From Sandaracinaceae bacterium (GTDB lineage Bacteria; Myxococcota_A; Polyangia; Polyangiales; Houyiibacteriaceae), in the NCBI GenBank assembly GCA_012514415.1, contig JAAZAH010000059.1, positions 1-33,229 on the forward strand: 33,229 nt of DNA, in the 5' to 3' direction. Below are positions 18,030 through 27,208 of the stretch, in pieces; within the stretch, counting starts at the first letter, position 1; each line of letters starts with the position of its first letter. Made by a program: the position numbers and the translations under genes. The notes under the pieces were generated by a model, which was not told the origin of the DNA, did no database searches, and saw only the letters and a list, made by a program, of their open reading frames with translations.

Positions 18030-19286
18030 TTAGCTGCAAGTGGGCTCGCCGGCGCTCGCCCCACTCGTCGAGGCCGACGCGCTCACGCAGGCGCTGAATT
18101 CGACCGTGACGCTCACGCTCGCGGCGGCCGCGGCCGTCGAAGCCACGGCATTTCCAAGCGCTTCGATCTTCACGAGGGCGCAGGCGAAGTTGTTTCTCAG
18201 GCCGGCCGAGAGGCGCTCCACCGAGCGGACGAAGGCGCCTGCGTCCTTGAAGAGCTGTCCGTAGCCCTCGACGACGAGGAGGAGCTTCGGAAGGTTGGCC
18301 TCGAGCGTATCGACGAGCTCCGCGGCCCCTTCGCCATCGGCGCGGACCTCGACGTGGATCGAACCCTCGGTGCACTCGGCGGCGAAGTTGGCTTGAGCCT
18401 CACAGCTCGCATGGCACTCGGCATCCCCTTCGCAGCGGGGCGGCTCGAAGCTCCCCTCGCAGCGGGGCGGTGAAACCTCCTTGGTGCAGCCGCCTCGGCA
18501 ATAAAAATCGCCACGCGCGTCACATTCAGCCTTCCCCTCGACCTCGACGCGGCATGAGCCTTCGCACGATCCCGAGCAGGTCCCGCTGCACGATCCTGAG
18601 CAGGTTCCTTCGCAGCTCCCCTTGCAGACTCCATCGCAGCGTCCATCGCCGCCAAGTTCGCCTTCGCAGGTCCCGTTGCAGACGCCATCACAGGTTCCGC
18701 TGCAGCTCCCTTCGCATCCGCCTTCACAATAGCCTTGGCAGCTCCCCTCACAGTCGGCGACGATGTCTCCGCTCAGCTCGCAATAGGCCTCGACGTTCGC
18801 TTCGCAGTCGACATCACACTCGACGGCGAACTTGCCTTCCTCGCAGCGGACGTGAAGCTCGGGCTCGGTGCACTCGATGTCGATCTGGCAGCCCGCCTCG
18901 CAATCGACCCGTGCTTGAGCGTCGATATGGCAGACCGGCGGGGTCGCGATGATGTCGATCTCGATGCCGAGCTCGAGATGAGCGGCGATCGCTCGGTCTG
19001 CCGCGCGGCATGCCTCCTCGACGCTTGCCTCGTTGAAATCGGTCTCGCCGAGATCCTTCGCGATGGAAGCGCACGCCGAGGCGACATCACCCTCGATCAT
19101 CTTCGCTCGCGTCTCGAGGAGCTTGGCGGCCTCGAGCGTTGCGTCGATATTCGCGGATAGGCTGGTGTCGCAGAATTTATCGACGTCTTCATCGCCGCAG
19201 CCGGCGAAGAGGAGTGCGGCGACGAGCGCCGCGGGGAGAAAGATGGGATGCGCAGTCCTGCGCGAGTAAGAATTGTGGAGGTTCAT
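18030..19286 (-). CDS. Cysteine-rich lipoprotein with (CxGx)n repeats and mirror-symmetric Cys spacing
   Basis: Signal peptide with LFAG-C30 lipobox; 39 Cys in 418 aa; two runs of 8 Cys at 4-residue period; helical-looking N- and C-terminal regions. Confidence 0.85.
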   Translation of the reverse strand: MNLHNSYSRRTAHPIFLPAALVAALLFAGCGDEDVDKFCDTSLSANIDATLEAAKLLETRAKMIEGDVASACASIAKDLGETDFNEASVEEACRAADRAIAAHLELGIEIDIIATPPVCHIDAQARVDCEAGCQIDIECTEPELHVRCEEGKFAVECDVDCEANVEAYCELSGDIVADCEGSCQGYCEGGCEGSCSGTCDGVCNGTCEGELGGDGRCDGVCKGSCEGTCSGSCSGTCSGSCEGSCRVEVEGKAECDARGDFYCRGGCTKEVSPPRCEGSFEPPRCEGDAECHASCEAQANFAAECTEGSIHVEVRADGEGAAELVDTLEANLPKLLLVVEGYGQLFKDAGAFVRSVERLSAGLRNNFACALVKIEALGNAVASTAAAAASVSVTVEFSACVSASASTSGASAGEPTCS

Positions 19287-19337
19287 GAGATCGGGTGCCT
19301 CGGTCGAAGGTTGACGTAGAACGACATCCCAAAGGAC

Positions 19338-22300
19338 GTGGCCAGACTAACACCAAGCGCGCGAGAAAAGAATCACGCAGCGCGTCTTTATGAACGATTC
19401 GGGACACATCGAGGGAAAGCCCTGATAGACTACGGCGCCGTGAGTGTGCCGAACGAAAAGAACCTCGACCTCTCGCTCCTGCGCTTCCGAAAAGCGCCGG
19501 ATGAAGCCTCCGGTGAGGCCCTTGCCGAGGCACTGATTGCAGCCTCGCGCGAAAAGGATGCGCTCTCGATTTTCGAGACCTTGCGTAAACTCTCGCCGCG
19601 TGAGCCGCGATTTCCGTATCGGGCTGGAAAACTCCTTCTCGCCGCAGGGGATTACCCCGCCGCACAAAAGGCGCTCGTCGACGCTCTGCGTCTTGCTCCA
19701 GGGGATGCGGAGATCACTCTGAGTCTTGGGGAGGTCCTTCTAAAGCGCGGTGAGCCGCGCCGCGCTGTGGAACTTCTTTCGAAGCACCGCGGAGAAAGCG
19801 ACGCGATCGATCGGCTCCTCACGCGCGCCGAACGCTTCGCCCGCTTGAGCGAGATCGGCGATGAATTCGCCGAAGCGAGCGGTCCTCCAGCACCTTCTCC
19901 TTTTCATGCCGAGGGCTTTGACGCCGAGGGGTTTCTCGAGGATGTGCCGACCGAGATGCTCGCCCGCGAGGAGCTCGAGATGCTCCGAAAGCCGACCGAG
20001 CCGCCAAAGATCGAGATCGAGATCGATGAGGAGATCTTTACCGCCGAGGGTGGAGCGGATGTTGCGGCGGGTGGGCACGGCGGTGCGGATGATGGTTCGG
20101 AGAGAGGCGCACGTGATGCCGCCGAGAAGAAAGCCGCTCCGCCCCCGCCTCCGGTCGCCGCGCAGCCAGGCGCTTCTCCGCCGGCCCCGAAGGCCGCCCT
20201 CAAAGAGACCATCCCACTTCCCGAAAGCAATGAGCTCGCTGGCGCTCCAACCGGACGGGAGGGGGCTGGGACCGGAGCGTCGGGCCTCGCCTCCAGCGAG
20301 ATGCCGCCGCGCCCGAGCGCTCGTGATCGAGCCGACTCACCGGCAGTCGACGATGCGGAATTGGTCCGCGGCGTTCCTCGAACCGAAAAAAGAGCGAAGC
20401 GCCGCCTCCGCTTCTTCGTTGCGAGTTTCATTTTCGCGGCGCTGGCGGCATCGGGCGCCTATCTTGCCCGGCAATTTTACGAGCACGAGCAAGCGCGTGA
20501 GCGTCAGGCGCTCCGACAAGAGATTACGGCGGCGATCCTCTCAGCGGAGTCCGGAGAGGTTCGTGAGGCGCTCTCGCTTTCCGTGCGTCTCGGCTCCATC
20601 GACGAGATGCCGGCCGAGCTACGTGCCGATCTTGCATTCGGTGAAGCCGTTGCCCTGCTCGATCTCGGGGAGAGATCGAGCGATCAACTGCGCGCGCTCA
20701 TCCCGCTCGTCGAGGCACCTCTTCGGGAGGCGCTCGCCGCGACGGCCGACTATGTGGATACGGGCATCGCTCCCAAATCCGACGCGCTCCCGCTTCCCTC
20801 GACCGCGCTCGACCCACGTGCGTCCTATCTCTTTGGTCGGCTCAAGCAGATCGCGTCCATCGATGGGCTGGCGGATCTCGAGGCCGCTTTTCGAGCGGAG
20901 CGAGGCGCGGTGCGGTTGGCGCGCGTCGAACACGCCCTCACGCTCTTCATCCGCGGTAAGAAGCGAGAAGCGCGGACGATCCTGAGCGAAAAGCCCATCG
21001 ACGAGGCGCCCCGTGCGGCGGCCGTCGCCTCGCTCCTTGGTCTTGGCGAACCTTTCCAAGATGAAATCGAGGCCTCCTCGCCCTTCGATGTCTTTCTCTG
21101 TGAGCTTGCGCGCATCCATGCCGAGTATCGCGCGGGGCGCGCCGCCGAGGCGAGGGAACGGATCCTCGCCATCCCGCTCACCGAAAGCGGCCGCGGCGCC
21201 ATCGAAGCGCTGCTGCTCTACCGCGTCGCCGAGTCCACGGGTGCGCTTGAGCGCGCCAATTCCGCGCTCGAGCTTGCCCTCGAGCGTCACCCGGAGGATG
21301 CGGCCCTTCGAGCCGAGGCCGCGAGACTTGCCGCGCGAAGGGGCGATCTCGAACGCTCGAGCGTCCTTGTCGAGGCTCTTCCCCCCGAGCGCACCCGGGA
21401 GCTTCGAGCCGAACTCGCCTTCCGCGCGAAAGACGCGGAGGCCATCGCTTCGCTCGTCCAAGAGCTCGAGGCTGCCGAAGAGGAACCCAGCCTCATCTTC
21501 GCGCTGCGACTCAGACACGCTCTTCTTGCACGTGATGAAGTCGCCAGCTCACGCACGGAGGGCGGGAAAGGCCGCAGCGGAGAGCGGCTCGATGCCGGGG
21601 CCTTTGATGCGGCGGACCTCGAAGCGTTGAAAGAGAGCGAAACGCCGCTCGGGCTCTACGCGCTCGGTCTCTACTCACTCTCACTTGGCACCGAAGACGG
21701 GCGCGCGCAGGCAATCGAGCTCCTCGAGTCGGCATACGAGAGTTTTCCCAACGATGCGCTCCTGCTTCGAGAACTTGGAAAGGCGCTCCTCGACGCGGGG
21801 GAAGCGACGCGCGGTCGGACCTACCTGAGCGAAGCGAGCGAGCTCGGAGACGCTCGGGCAAATCTTTGGCTCATCGAGGCGCTACCTCCCGCCGGCGAGC
21901 GGTCCGCCGACGAAAGATCGGAGCTTCTCCTCCGTCTCGAGGCGCTCGATCGCAGCGAGCTTCGTCCCGAGGAGGCCGAACGCGCGCTTCGCCTCATCGC
22001 GCAGTCCGCCGCCGAGCGAGAAGATTACTCCCAAGCGCATCAGACGCTCGACACACTCGCCCGCGAACATCTCGCCGATGTTCTCGAACTTCGCGCCAAG
22101 CTCCTTTATCGCGAAGGCCGCTACGCGGAGCTCATCGAGCTCGTCGAGGCGCCCCTTCGGGATCTCGTCGAGGGAAGAGCGGGCGCACGCACTGAGCTCA
22201 TTCCGCTCCTTCCTCTTTATGGCGAAGCGCTTGAGGCCGAAGGGGAGGTGCGTCGCGCGGGACCTGTCTTCGAAGCGAGCGTGAAGCTTGATCCGGAGGC

Positions 22301-22661
22301 GACGATCGGCCGACTCGGTTATGCCCGGTCGTTCATCCGCGCCGGGAAGATGTGGGCCGCGCTCAAAGTACTTGAGCGGGCCGAAGAAACGCTCAAGGCC
22401 GCAGGGCTCTTCGAGAAGCACCGCGAGGAGTGGCTCTTTCTCAAGGGGCGCGCGCTCCTCGCGCTCGATCGCCGCGAAGAAGCGGAAGAGCCGCTCACTG
22501 AAGCCTCGAAGATCGAAGGAGTGCGACCCGAGATCTTCTTTTATCTCGGCGAGGCGCTCGCCGCCCGAAAAAGCAGCGAGGCACGCGCCGCCTACATGCG
22601 ATATCTCGAACTCGAGCCCGATGGCGCCCACCGCCGCCGCGCTGAGCGCGCCATCCGCTGA
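19338..22661 (+). CDS. Large TPR-repeat bitopic membrane protein
   Basis: N-terminal TPRs (GKLLLAAGDYPAAQKAL..ALRLAP), an acidic/Pro-rich linker, one TM (FFVASFIFAALAASGAYL, ~20410-20470) and C-terminal TPRs ending AYMRYLELEPDG. Start may be the GTG at 19440. Confidence 0.85.
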   Translation: MARLTPSAREKNHAARLYERFGTHRGKALIDYGAVSVPNEKNLDLSLLRFRKAPDEASGEALAEALIAASREKDALSIFETLRKLSPREPRFPYRAGKLLLAAGDYPAAQKALVDALRLAPGDAEITLSLGEVLLKRGEPRRAVELLSKHRGESDAIDRLLTRAERFARLSEIGDEFAEASGPPAPSPFHAEGFDAEGFLEDVPTEMLAREELEMLRKPTEPPKIEIEIDEEIFTAEGGADVAAGGHGGADDGSERGARDAAEKKAAPPPPPVAAQPGASPPAPKAALKETIPLPESNELAGAPTGREGAGTGASGLASSEMPPRPSARDRADSPAVDDAELVRGVPRTEKRAKRRLRFFVASFIFAALAASGAYLARQFYEHEQARERQALRQEITAAILSAESGEVREALSLSVRLGSIDEMPAELRADLAFGEAVALLDLGERSSDQLRALIPLVEAPLREALAATADYVDTGIAPKSDALPLPSTALDPRASYLFGRLKQIASIDGLADLEAAFRAERGAVRLARVEHALTLFIRGKKREARTILSEKPIDEAPRAAAVASLLGLGEPFQDEIEASSPFDVFLCELARIHAEYRAGRAAEARERILAIPLTESGRGAIEALLLYRVAESTGALERANSALELALERHPEDAALRAEAARLAARRGDLERSSVLVEALPPERTRELRAELAFRAKDAEAIASLVQELEAAEEEPSLIFALRLRHALLARDEVASSRTEGGKGRSGERLDAGAFDAADLEALKESETPLGLYALGLYSLSLGTEDGRAQAIELLESAYESFPNDALLLRELGKALLDAGEATRGRTYLSEASELGDARANLWLIEALPPAGERSADERSELLLRLEALDRSELRPEEAERALRLIAQSAAEREDYSQAHQTLDTLAREHLADVLELRAKLLYREGRYAELIELVEAPLRDLVEGRAGARTELIPLLPLYGEALEAEGEVRRAGPVFEASVKLDPEATIGRLGYARSFIRAGKMWAALKVLERAEETLKAAGLFEKHREEWLFLKGRALLALDRREEAEEPLTEASKIEGVRPEIFFYLGEALAARKSSEARAAYMRYLELEPDGAHRRRAERAIR

Positions 22662-22672
22662 AAGGAAAAAGG

Positions 22673-23413
22673 ATGTTTCGTCTCTGTCTTCTTGGTGTCG
22701 TGATGGCGGGAGGCTTGGCCGTCGCCGGATGTGGAGGATCGGAAGCGAGCGGAGAGGCTGGTGCGATGGCCTCGGACGCGAGCCGCGCGGGTGCGGGCGG
22801 TGAGCGGACGTCTCGGCCTTATGAAGAGGCGGACGATGGCATGATCGTCGAAGGCCTCGATGGAACGATCCGCCCCGAAGCGGTCGAGGATGGTGTCCGT
22901 TCAGTTCTCCCTCAAATGTTCGATTGCTTCACCGCGCGCTACGACGATCTCGAGATCCTGAGTGGGGACGTGACGATCGGCTTTCGCATTGCGATCGATG
23001 GGCGGGTCGCTTCGGCGAAGCTCCTGAGCTCGACGCTTGGGGATCGCGAAACTGAGCGCTGTATTCTCTCCGCCGCGCGCACGATCCGCTTTTCGCGCCC
23101 GAGCGGCGGCGAGGCCGAGGCGACGCATTCCTTTGGGGTCGCTCTTCCGGAGGATACCCGCGCTCCCGAGGTTTGGCCCTCGCAACGAGTTTCGCGGCAG
23201 CTCGGCGGCGGTGCGGCGCTGCGCAGTTGTGGTCGCGGGGAAGGTCCGCTTACCGCCGCAATCTACATTGGTCCCGGGGGGCGCCCCCTCGCGGCCGGAG
23301 CGAGTGGCGATCTCGACGATCGGGCCCTTGATTGCGTTGCGAAAAAATTGTCCTCGCTTCGCTATGACGATCCGGGAAGCTACCCGGCCAAAGTGATCGT
23401 TCGCTACGAATGA
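22673..23413 (+). CDS. Lipoprotein with AgmX/PglI C-terminal (TonB_C-like) domain(s)
   Basis: LAVAG-C lipobox; C...Y...LSGDVTIGFRIAIDGRV...STLGD...ERCI......FSRP.GG pattern, followed by a second degenerate copy (C...IYIGPGGR...DCVA). Starts 11 nt after the TPR gene. Confidence 0.75.
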   Translation: MFRLCLLGVVMAGGLAVAGCGGSEASGEAGAMASDASRAGAGGERTSRPYEEADDGMIVEGLDGTIRPEAVEDGVRSVLPQMFDCFTARYDDLEILSGDVTIGFRIAIDGRVASAKLLSSTLGDRETERCILSAARTIRFSRPSGGEAEATHSFGVALPEDTRAPEVWPSQRVSRQLGGGAALRSCGRGEGPLTAAIYIGPGGRPLAAGASGDLDDRALDCVAKKLSSLRYDDPGSYPAKVIVRYE

Positions 23414-23486
23414 GGCGAAGGGGCTCGGTGAGGCGCCCGTTGCGGAGTCTACGCGCCTCATCCACCACCCAATCGCGATCAAGCCC

Positions 23487-23990
23487 TTAGGCTTCGACGC
23501 CGTCCTCGTCCATCGGCGTGAAATCGCCGCGGAGCACCTGGAGGATGCCTTCGACCTCAAGGGCGATCTCGATCTCGGGGTTCGTTTTGAGGAAGGCCTC
23601 GAGGTATTTTTGTGCCGCTGCATTCTCGCCGCGTTGATAATGGACGAGCCCAAGGAGATAAAGCGCGTCCGGATCGTCCTTGCGGATCGAGAGGATCTGT
23701 CGCCCCATGCGGAGCGCTTTATCGTGCTCGCCGAGGAGCCTCAGGCATTGACCCGCACCGATCATCGCGCCGATATAATGGGGCGTGATCTCGAGCGCCT
23801 TCACGTAGGCAGCGAGCGCACGCTCGTATTCCTTCTGTTCATAGAGTGCCTGACCCATGAAGAAATACGCGTGCTCATTGGAGGGATCGCGGGCGATGAT
23901 CGCTGTGAGCTCGCCGATCGCCTCTTCGGTCTCGCCGGTGACGAGGAGTTCGATCGCCTCTTCGCATGCGCTATAATTCTCATCGCTCAT
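23487..23990 (-). CDS. Small TPR-repeat protein
   Basis: About four TPR motifs (AYFFMGQALYEQKEYERALAAYVKALEITP; ALYLLGLVHYQRGE). Confidence 0.85.
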   Translation of the reverse strand: MSDENYSACEEAIELLVTGETEEAIGELTAIIARDPSNEHAYFFMGQALYEQKEYERALAAYVKALEITPHYIGAMIGAGQCLRLLGEHDKALRMGRQILSIRKDDPDALYLLGLVHYQRGENAAAQKYLEAFLKTNPEIEIALEVEGILQVLRGDFTPMDEDGVEA

Positions 23991-24113
23991 CCTCTGAGTA
24001 TCCTCTGGTTTTGCGCCTAGGCAATTGCGCGCCCGGTGATTCTGAAAATCTTAGCCGGACCAGTCACGATTTTTCGCTATGATCAAGCAACGATCACGAG
24101 GGTGACGAAAGAG

Positions 24114-25793
24114 ATGTCGATGAACGATCCCGAGATGAAGTCCAAGGCTGAGGTTGCGCGCAAAGAGTGGGAAGCGGCTTATGAGCGCTCGCAAACGAAG
24201 GTGCCGCTCCGAAAGGAGCGCTTCACCACGCTGAGCGATATGGAAGTGCCGCCGCTTTCCACCCCGGACTCCGCCGCTATCGATTATGAGCGCGATCTCG
24301 GGTATCCGGGACGGTTTCCTTTTACGCGCGGCGTGCAACCGACGATGTACCGTGGCCGGCTTTGGACCATGCGGATGTTCGCTGGCTTCGGAACGCCACG
24401 GCAAACGAATGAGCGGTTTCGATATCTCCTCGAACAAGGACAGACGGGGCTGTCGACCGCGTTCGATTTCCCCACGCTGATGGGATACGACAGCGACAGT
24501 CCCCTTTCCCTTGGCGAGGTCGGCAAGGTGGGTGTCGCGATCGATACGCTCCGCGATATGGAGATCCTCTTCGATCAGATCCCCTTGGATGAAGTCACTA
24601 CTTCCATGACGATCAACGGACCGGCTGCGGTCCTTCTCGGCTTCTATGTGGCGCTTGCTGATAACCGAGGTATCCCCCGTGATAAGATCGGCGGCACCGT
24701 CCAGAACGATTGCCTCAAGGAGTTCATCGCGCAGCACGCTTGGGTTGTTCCACCGCGTCCAGCGATGCGTATCGTAACTGACACCATCGAGTTCTGCACC
24801 GCCGAAGTGCCTCGATGGAACTCCGTGAGCATCTCGGGCTATCATATTCGCGAGGCGGGTTCGACGGCTGCCCAAGAGCTCGCCTTTACCCTTGCGGATG
24901 GCCTCGAATACGTGAAATGGGGCGTCGAGCGTGGGATGAAGGTGGATGATTTCGCACCGCGCCTCTCCTTTTTCTTTGACGTTCATTCGGACTTCTTCGA
25001 AGAGATCGCCAAATTCCGCGCAGCGAGGCGCCTCTGGGCGCGCCTCATGAAGGAGCGCTTCGATCCGAAGGATCCGCGCTCGATGATGCTTCGCACTCAC
25101 GCGCAAACCGCGGGCGTCTCTCTCACGGCCCAGCAGCCGTACAATAACGTGGCGCGCGTCGCGCTTCAGGCGCTGGCGGCTGTGCTCGGCGGGACGCAGA
25201 GCCTTCACACCAACAGCCTCGACGAGACCTATGCGCTGCCCACGACCGAGGCCGTGACGATCGCCCTCCGCACCCAGCAAATCATCGCCGAGGAGTCCGG
25301 CGTCGCCAACACCATCGATCCGCTCGCGGGCAGCTATTTCGTCGAGGAGCTGACGAACCGGCTTGAGCAGGAGGCGCGCGAAATCATTGAGCGGATTGAC
25401 GCGATGGGCGGCATGGTCGAAGCCGTTGAGCGCGGCTATCCGCAGCGCGAGATTGCGGCGTCGGCCTATCGGTACCAGCAGCAGCTCGAAGCGCGAGAAA
25501 AGATCGTCGTTGGAGTCAATCGCTACGAACAGGAAGAGGAGCCCGCGATCCCCCTGCTCCGCATCGACGATTCGATCGAGCGCGAGCAGGTGGCCTCACT
25601 TCAAAAAGTGAAGCGCGAGCGTGACTCCGCCGCCGTGGAGCGCGCCCTCGCTGCCGTCGCCGAGGCCGCGCGAGGCTCATCGAATCTCATGCCGCCGATC
25701 ATCGATGCCGCGAAGGCCTATTGCTCGGTGCAGGAAATCTGTGACGTGCTCCGAGAGGTTTTCGGGCGCCATCAAGATCGCCCCGAGTTCTAG
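24114..25793 (+). CDS. icmA: B12-dependent acyl-CoA mutase large (substrate-binding) subunit with isobutyryl-CoA mutase-type residues
   Basis: [52 protein letters not shown] and [10 protein letters not shown]. No DxHxxG B12 domain. The family call is secure; the gene symbol rests on two specificity residues. Confidence 0.8.
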   Translation: MSMNDPEMKSKAEVARKEWEAAYERSQTKVPLRKERFTTLSDMEVPPLSTPDSAAIDYERDLGYPGRFPFTRGVQPTMYRGRLWTMRMFAGFGTPRQTNERFRYLLEQGQTGLSTAFDFPTLMGYDSDSPLSLGEVGKVGVAIDTLRDMEILFDQIPLDEVTTSMTINGPAAVLLGFYVALADNRGIPRDKIGGTVQNDCLKEFIAQHAWVVPPRPAMRIVTDTIEFCTAEVPRWNSVSISGYHIREAGSTAAQELAFTLADGLEYVKWGVERGMKVDDFAPRLSFFFDVHSDFFEEIAKFRAARRLWARLMKERFDPKDPRSMMLRTHAQTAGVSLTAQQPYNNVARVALQALAAVLGGTQSLHTNSLDETYALPTTEAVTIALRTQQIIAEESGVANTIDPLAGSYFVEELTNRLEQEAREIIERIDAMGGMVEAVERGYPQREIAASAYRYQQQLEAREKIVVGVNRYEQEEEPAIPLLRIDDSIEREQVASLQKVKRERDSAAVERALAAVAEAARGSSNLMPPIIDAAKAYCSVQEICDVLREVFGRHQDRPEF

Positions 25794-25876
25794 AGGCTCA
25801 CAGCGAGCGCGGGCGGCGCGCGATACGTCGCCCAGAGCGCTAGACGCTCACATCGAGCGCGGGCGGCGCGCCGTAC
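25790..25876. repeat. Imperfect 37-bp direct repeat with 50-bp period, covering the stop codons of two convergent genes
   Basis: CTAGAGGCTCACAGCGAGCGCGGGCGGCGCGCGATAC (25790-25826) vs CTAGACGCTCACATCGAGCGCGGGCGGCGCGCCGTAC (25840-25876): 33/37 identical. Confidence 0.85.
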
Positions 25877-27042
25877 ACCGGGCAATGGGTGCCTTGGTAA
25901 ATCGTAGGCATGCAGCGGTTGCAATGGATGCAGCGCGATTTCGCGTTCGGATCGGCCTCAAGCTGCTTGGGTAGATCGGGATCGGCGAGCAGCGCGCGCC
26001 CCATGGCGACGAAATCAAAACCCTCCGCCATGGCACGCTCGAGCGAGGCGTTGTCCGTGACGCCACCAAGAAGGATGAGCGGCATCTTGAGCTCCCGCCG
26101 GAAGGTGCGCGCAAGCTCGAGGAGATAGAGCGGATGATAGGGGTATTTTTTGAGAAAGAAGCGGCCAAAAACGCTGAGCCCCGCTTTGATCGGCTGCCGG
26201 AAGTTTTGCGCGAATTCCCGGAGCGGGACGTCGCCGTGAAAGAGGTACATCGGATTGAGCAGGGAACTGCCTGCCGTGAGCTGAAGCGCGTCGAGTGAAC
26301 CATCGGATTCGATCCACTTCGCCACCTGAAGGCTTTCTTCGACATCGAACCCCGCAAAGACGGCGTCGCGCATATTGAGCTTTGCCGTCACGGCGAGTTT
26401 ATCTCCGGCGGCCTCGCGGACCGCACGTGCGGTTTCACGGACAAGCCGCGCGCGATTTTCGAGGCTGCCTCCATACTCATCCTTTCGCCGGTTCAGGCGC
26501 GGGCTGAGGAAAGAGCTCGCGAGATAGTTGTGTCCGAAGTGGATCTCGACTGCGTCGAAGCCGCATTCGATGGCGTATTTCGTCGCCCTTCGGTGATCTT
26601 CGACGACTCGTTCGAGGTCGTCCTTACTCGCCCCCTTCGTCATGCTGAGGCTGAGCGGATGGAACATCTTCTTGGGCGTGAGCGCCTTATGCCCATGCGA
26701 GCTCTCATCGGCGACGGGGCCGGCGTGACCAATCTGCGCCGAGATGGCAGCGCCTTCACGATGGACCGCCTCAGTGAGCTTTCTGAGGCCGGGGAGAGCT
26801 TCGGGGCGCCAATAGAGCTGATCGGCCTCGGTACGACCTTCGGGAGAGACGGCGCAATAGGCGACCGTCGTCATTCCGACGCCGCCGCGAGCGATCCCCG
26901 CGTGAAACTCGATGAGCGGATCGGAGACGAGCGCCCCGGGTGTCCTTCCCTCGAAGGTGGCCGCCTTGATGATGCGGTTTCGAAGGGTGATGGGGCCCAA
27001 TTGGGCGGGCTGAAAGACGGCTTTCTGGTGGCTCTGACTCAT
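25840..27042 (-). CDS. NADH:flavin oxidoreductase (old yellow enzyme family)
   Basis: LRNRIIKAAT, QIGHAG, GFDAVEIHFGHNYL, FLSP..NRRKDEYGGSLENRAR, GRALLADPDL and C-terminal CIHCNRC...THC. Confidence 0.92.
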   Translation of the reverse strand: MSQSHQKAVFQPAQLGPITLRNRIIKAATFEGRTPGALVSDPLIEFHAGIARGGVGMTTVAYCAVSPEGRTEADQLYWRPEALPGLRKLTEAVHREGAAISAQIGHAGPVADESSHGHKALTPKKMFHPLSLSMTKGASKDDLERVVEDHRRATKYAIECGFDAVEIHFGHNYLASSFLSPRLNRRKDEYGGSLENRARLVRETARAVREAAGDKLAVTAKLNMRDAVFAGFDVEESLQVAKWIESDGSLDALQLTAGSSLLNPMYLFHGDVPLREFAQNFRQPIKAGLSVFGRFFLKKYPYHPLYLLELARTFRRELKMPLILLGGVTDNASLERAMAEGFDFVAMGRALLADPDLPKQLEADPNAKSRCIHCNRCMPTIYQGTHCPVYGAPPALDVSV

Positions 27043-27208
27043 CGAATTTCTCGAAGCGTGGATGGATTCGAGTCGAGGATAGGATGAATCGAGGCGTAGT
27101 GAAATCGGAAAACGGTCGAGAGGCCGGGCGTCGCGGTTCGGGCGGCGATGGGGTGGAGGAGCCGTCAGCGGGTGAATACGAGGCGATCTGCGGTCTTGCG
27201 ACGTTCGC

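Noticed and set aside
18555-18755. 12-bp periodic DNA repeats resembling a CRISPR or VNTR array
   Set aside because: They encode the CxGx protein repeats. There are no unique spacers and no cas genes.
23991-24113. Possible cobalamin riboswitch upstream of the mutase
   Set aside because: The region is too short and has no B12-box; only a TATGAT -10-like hexamer is visible.
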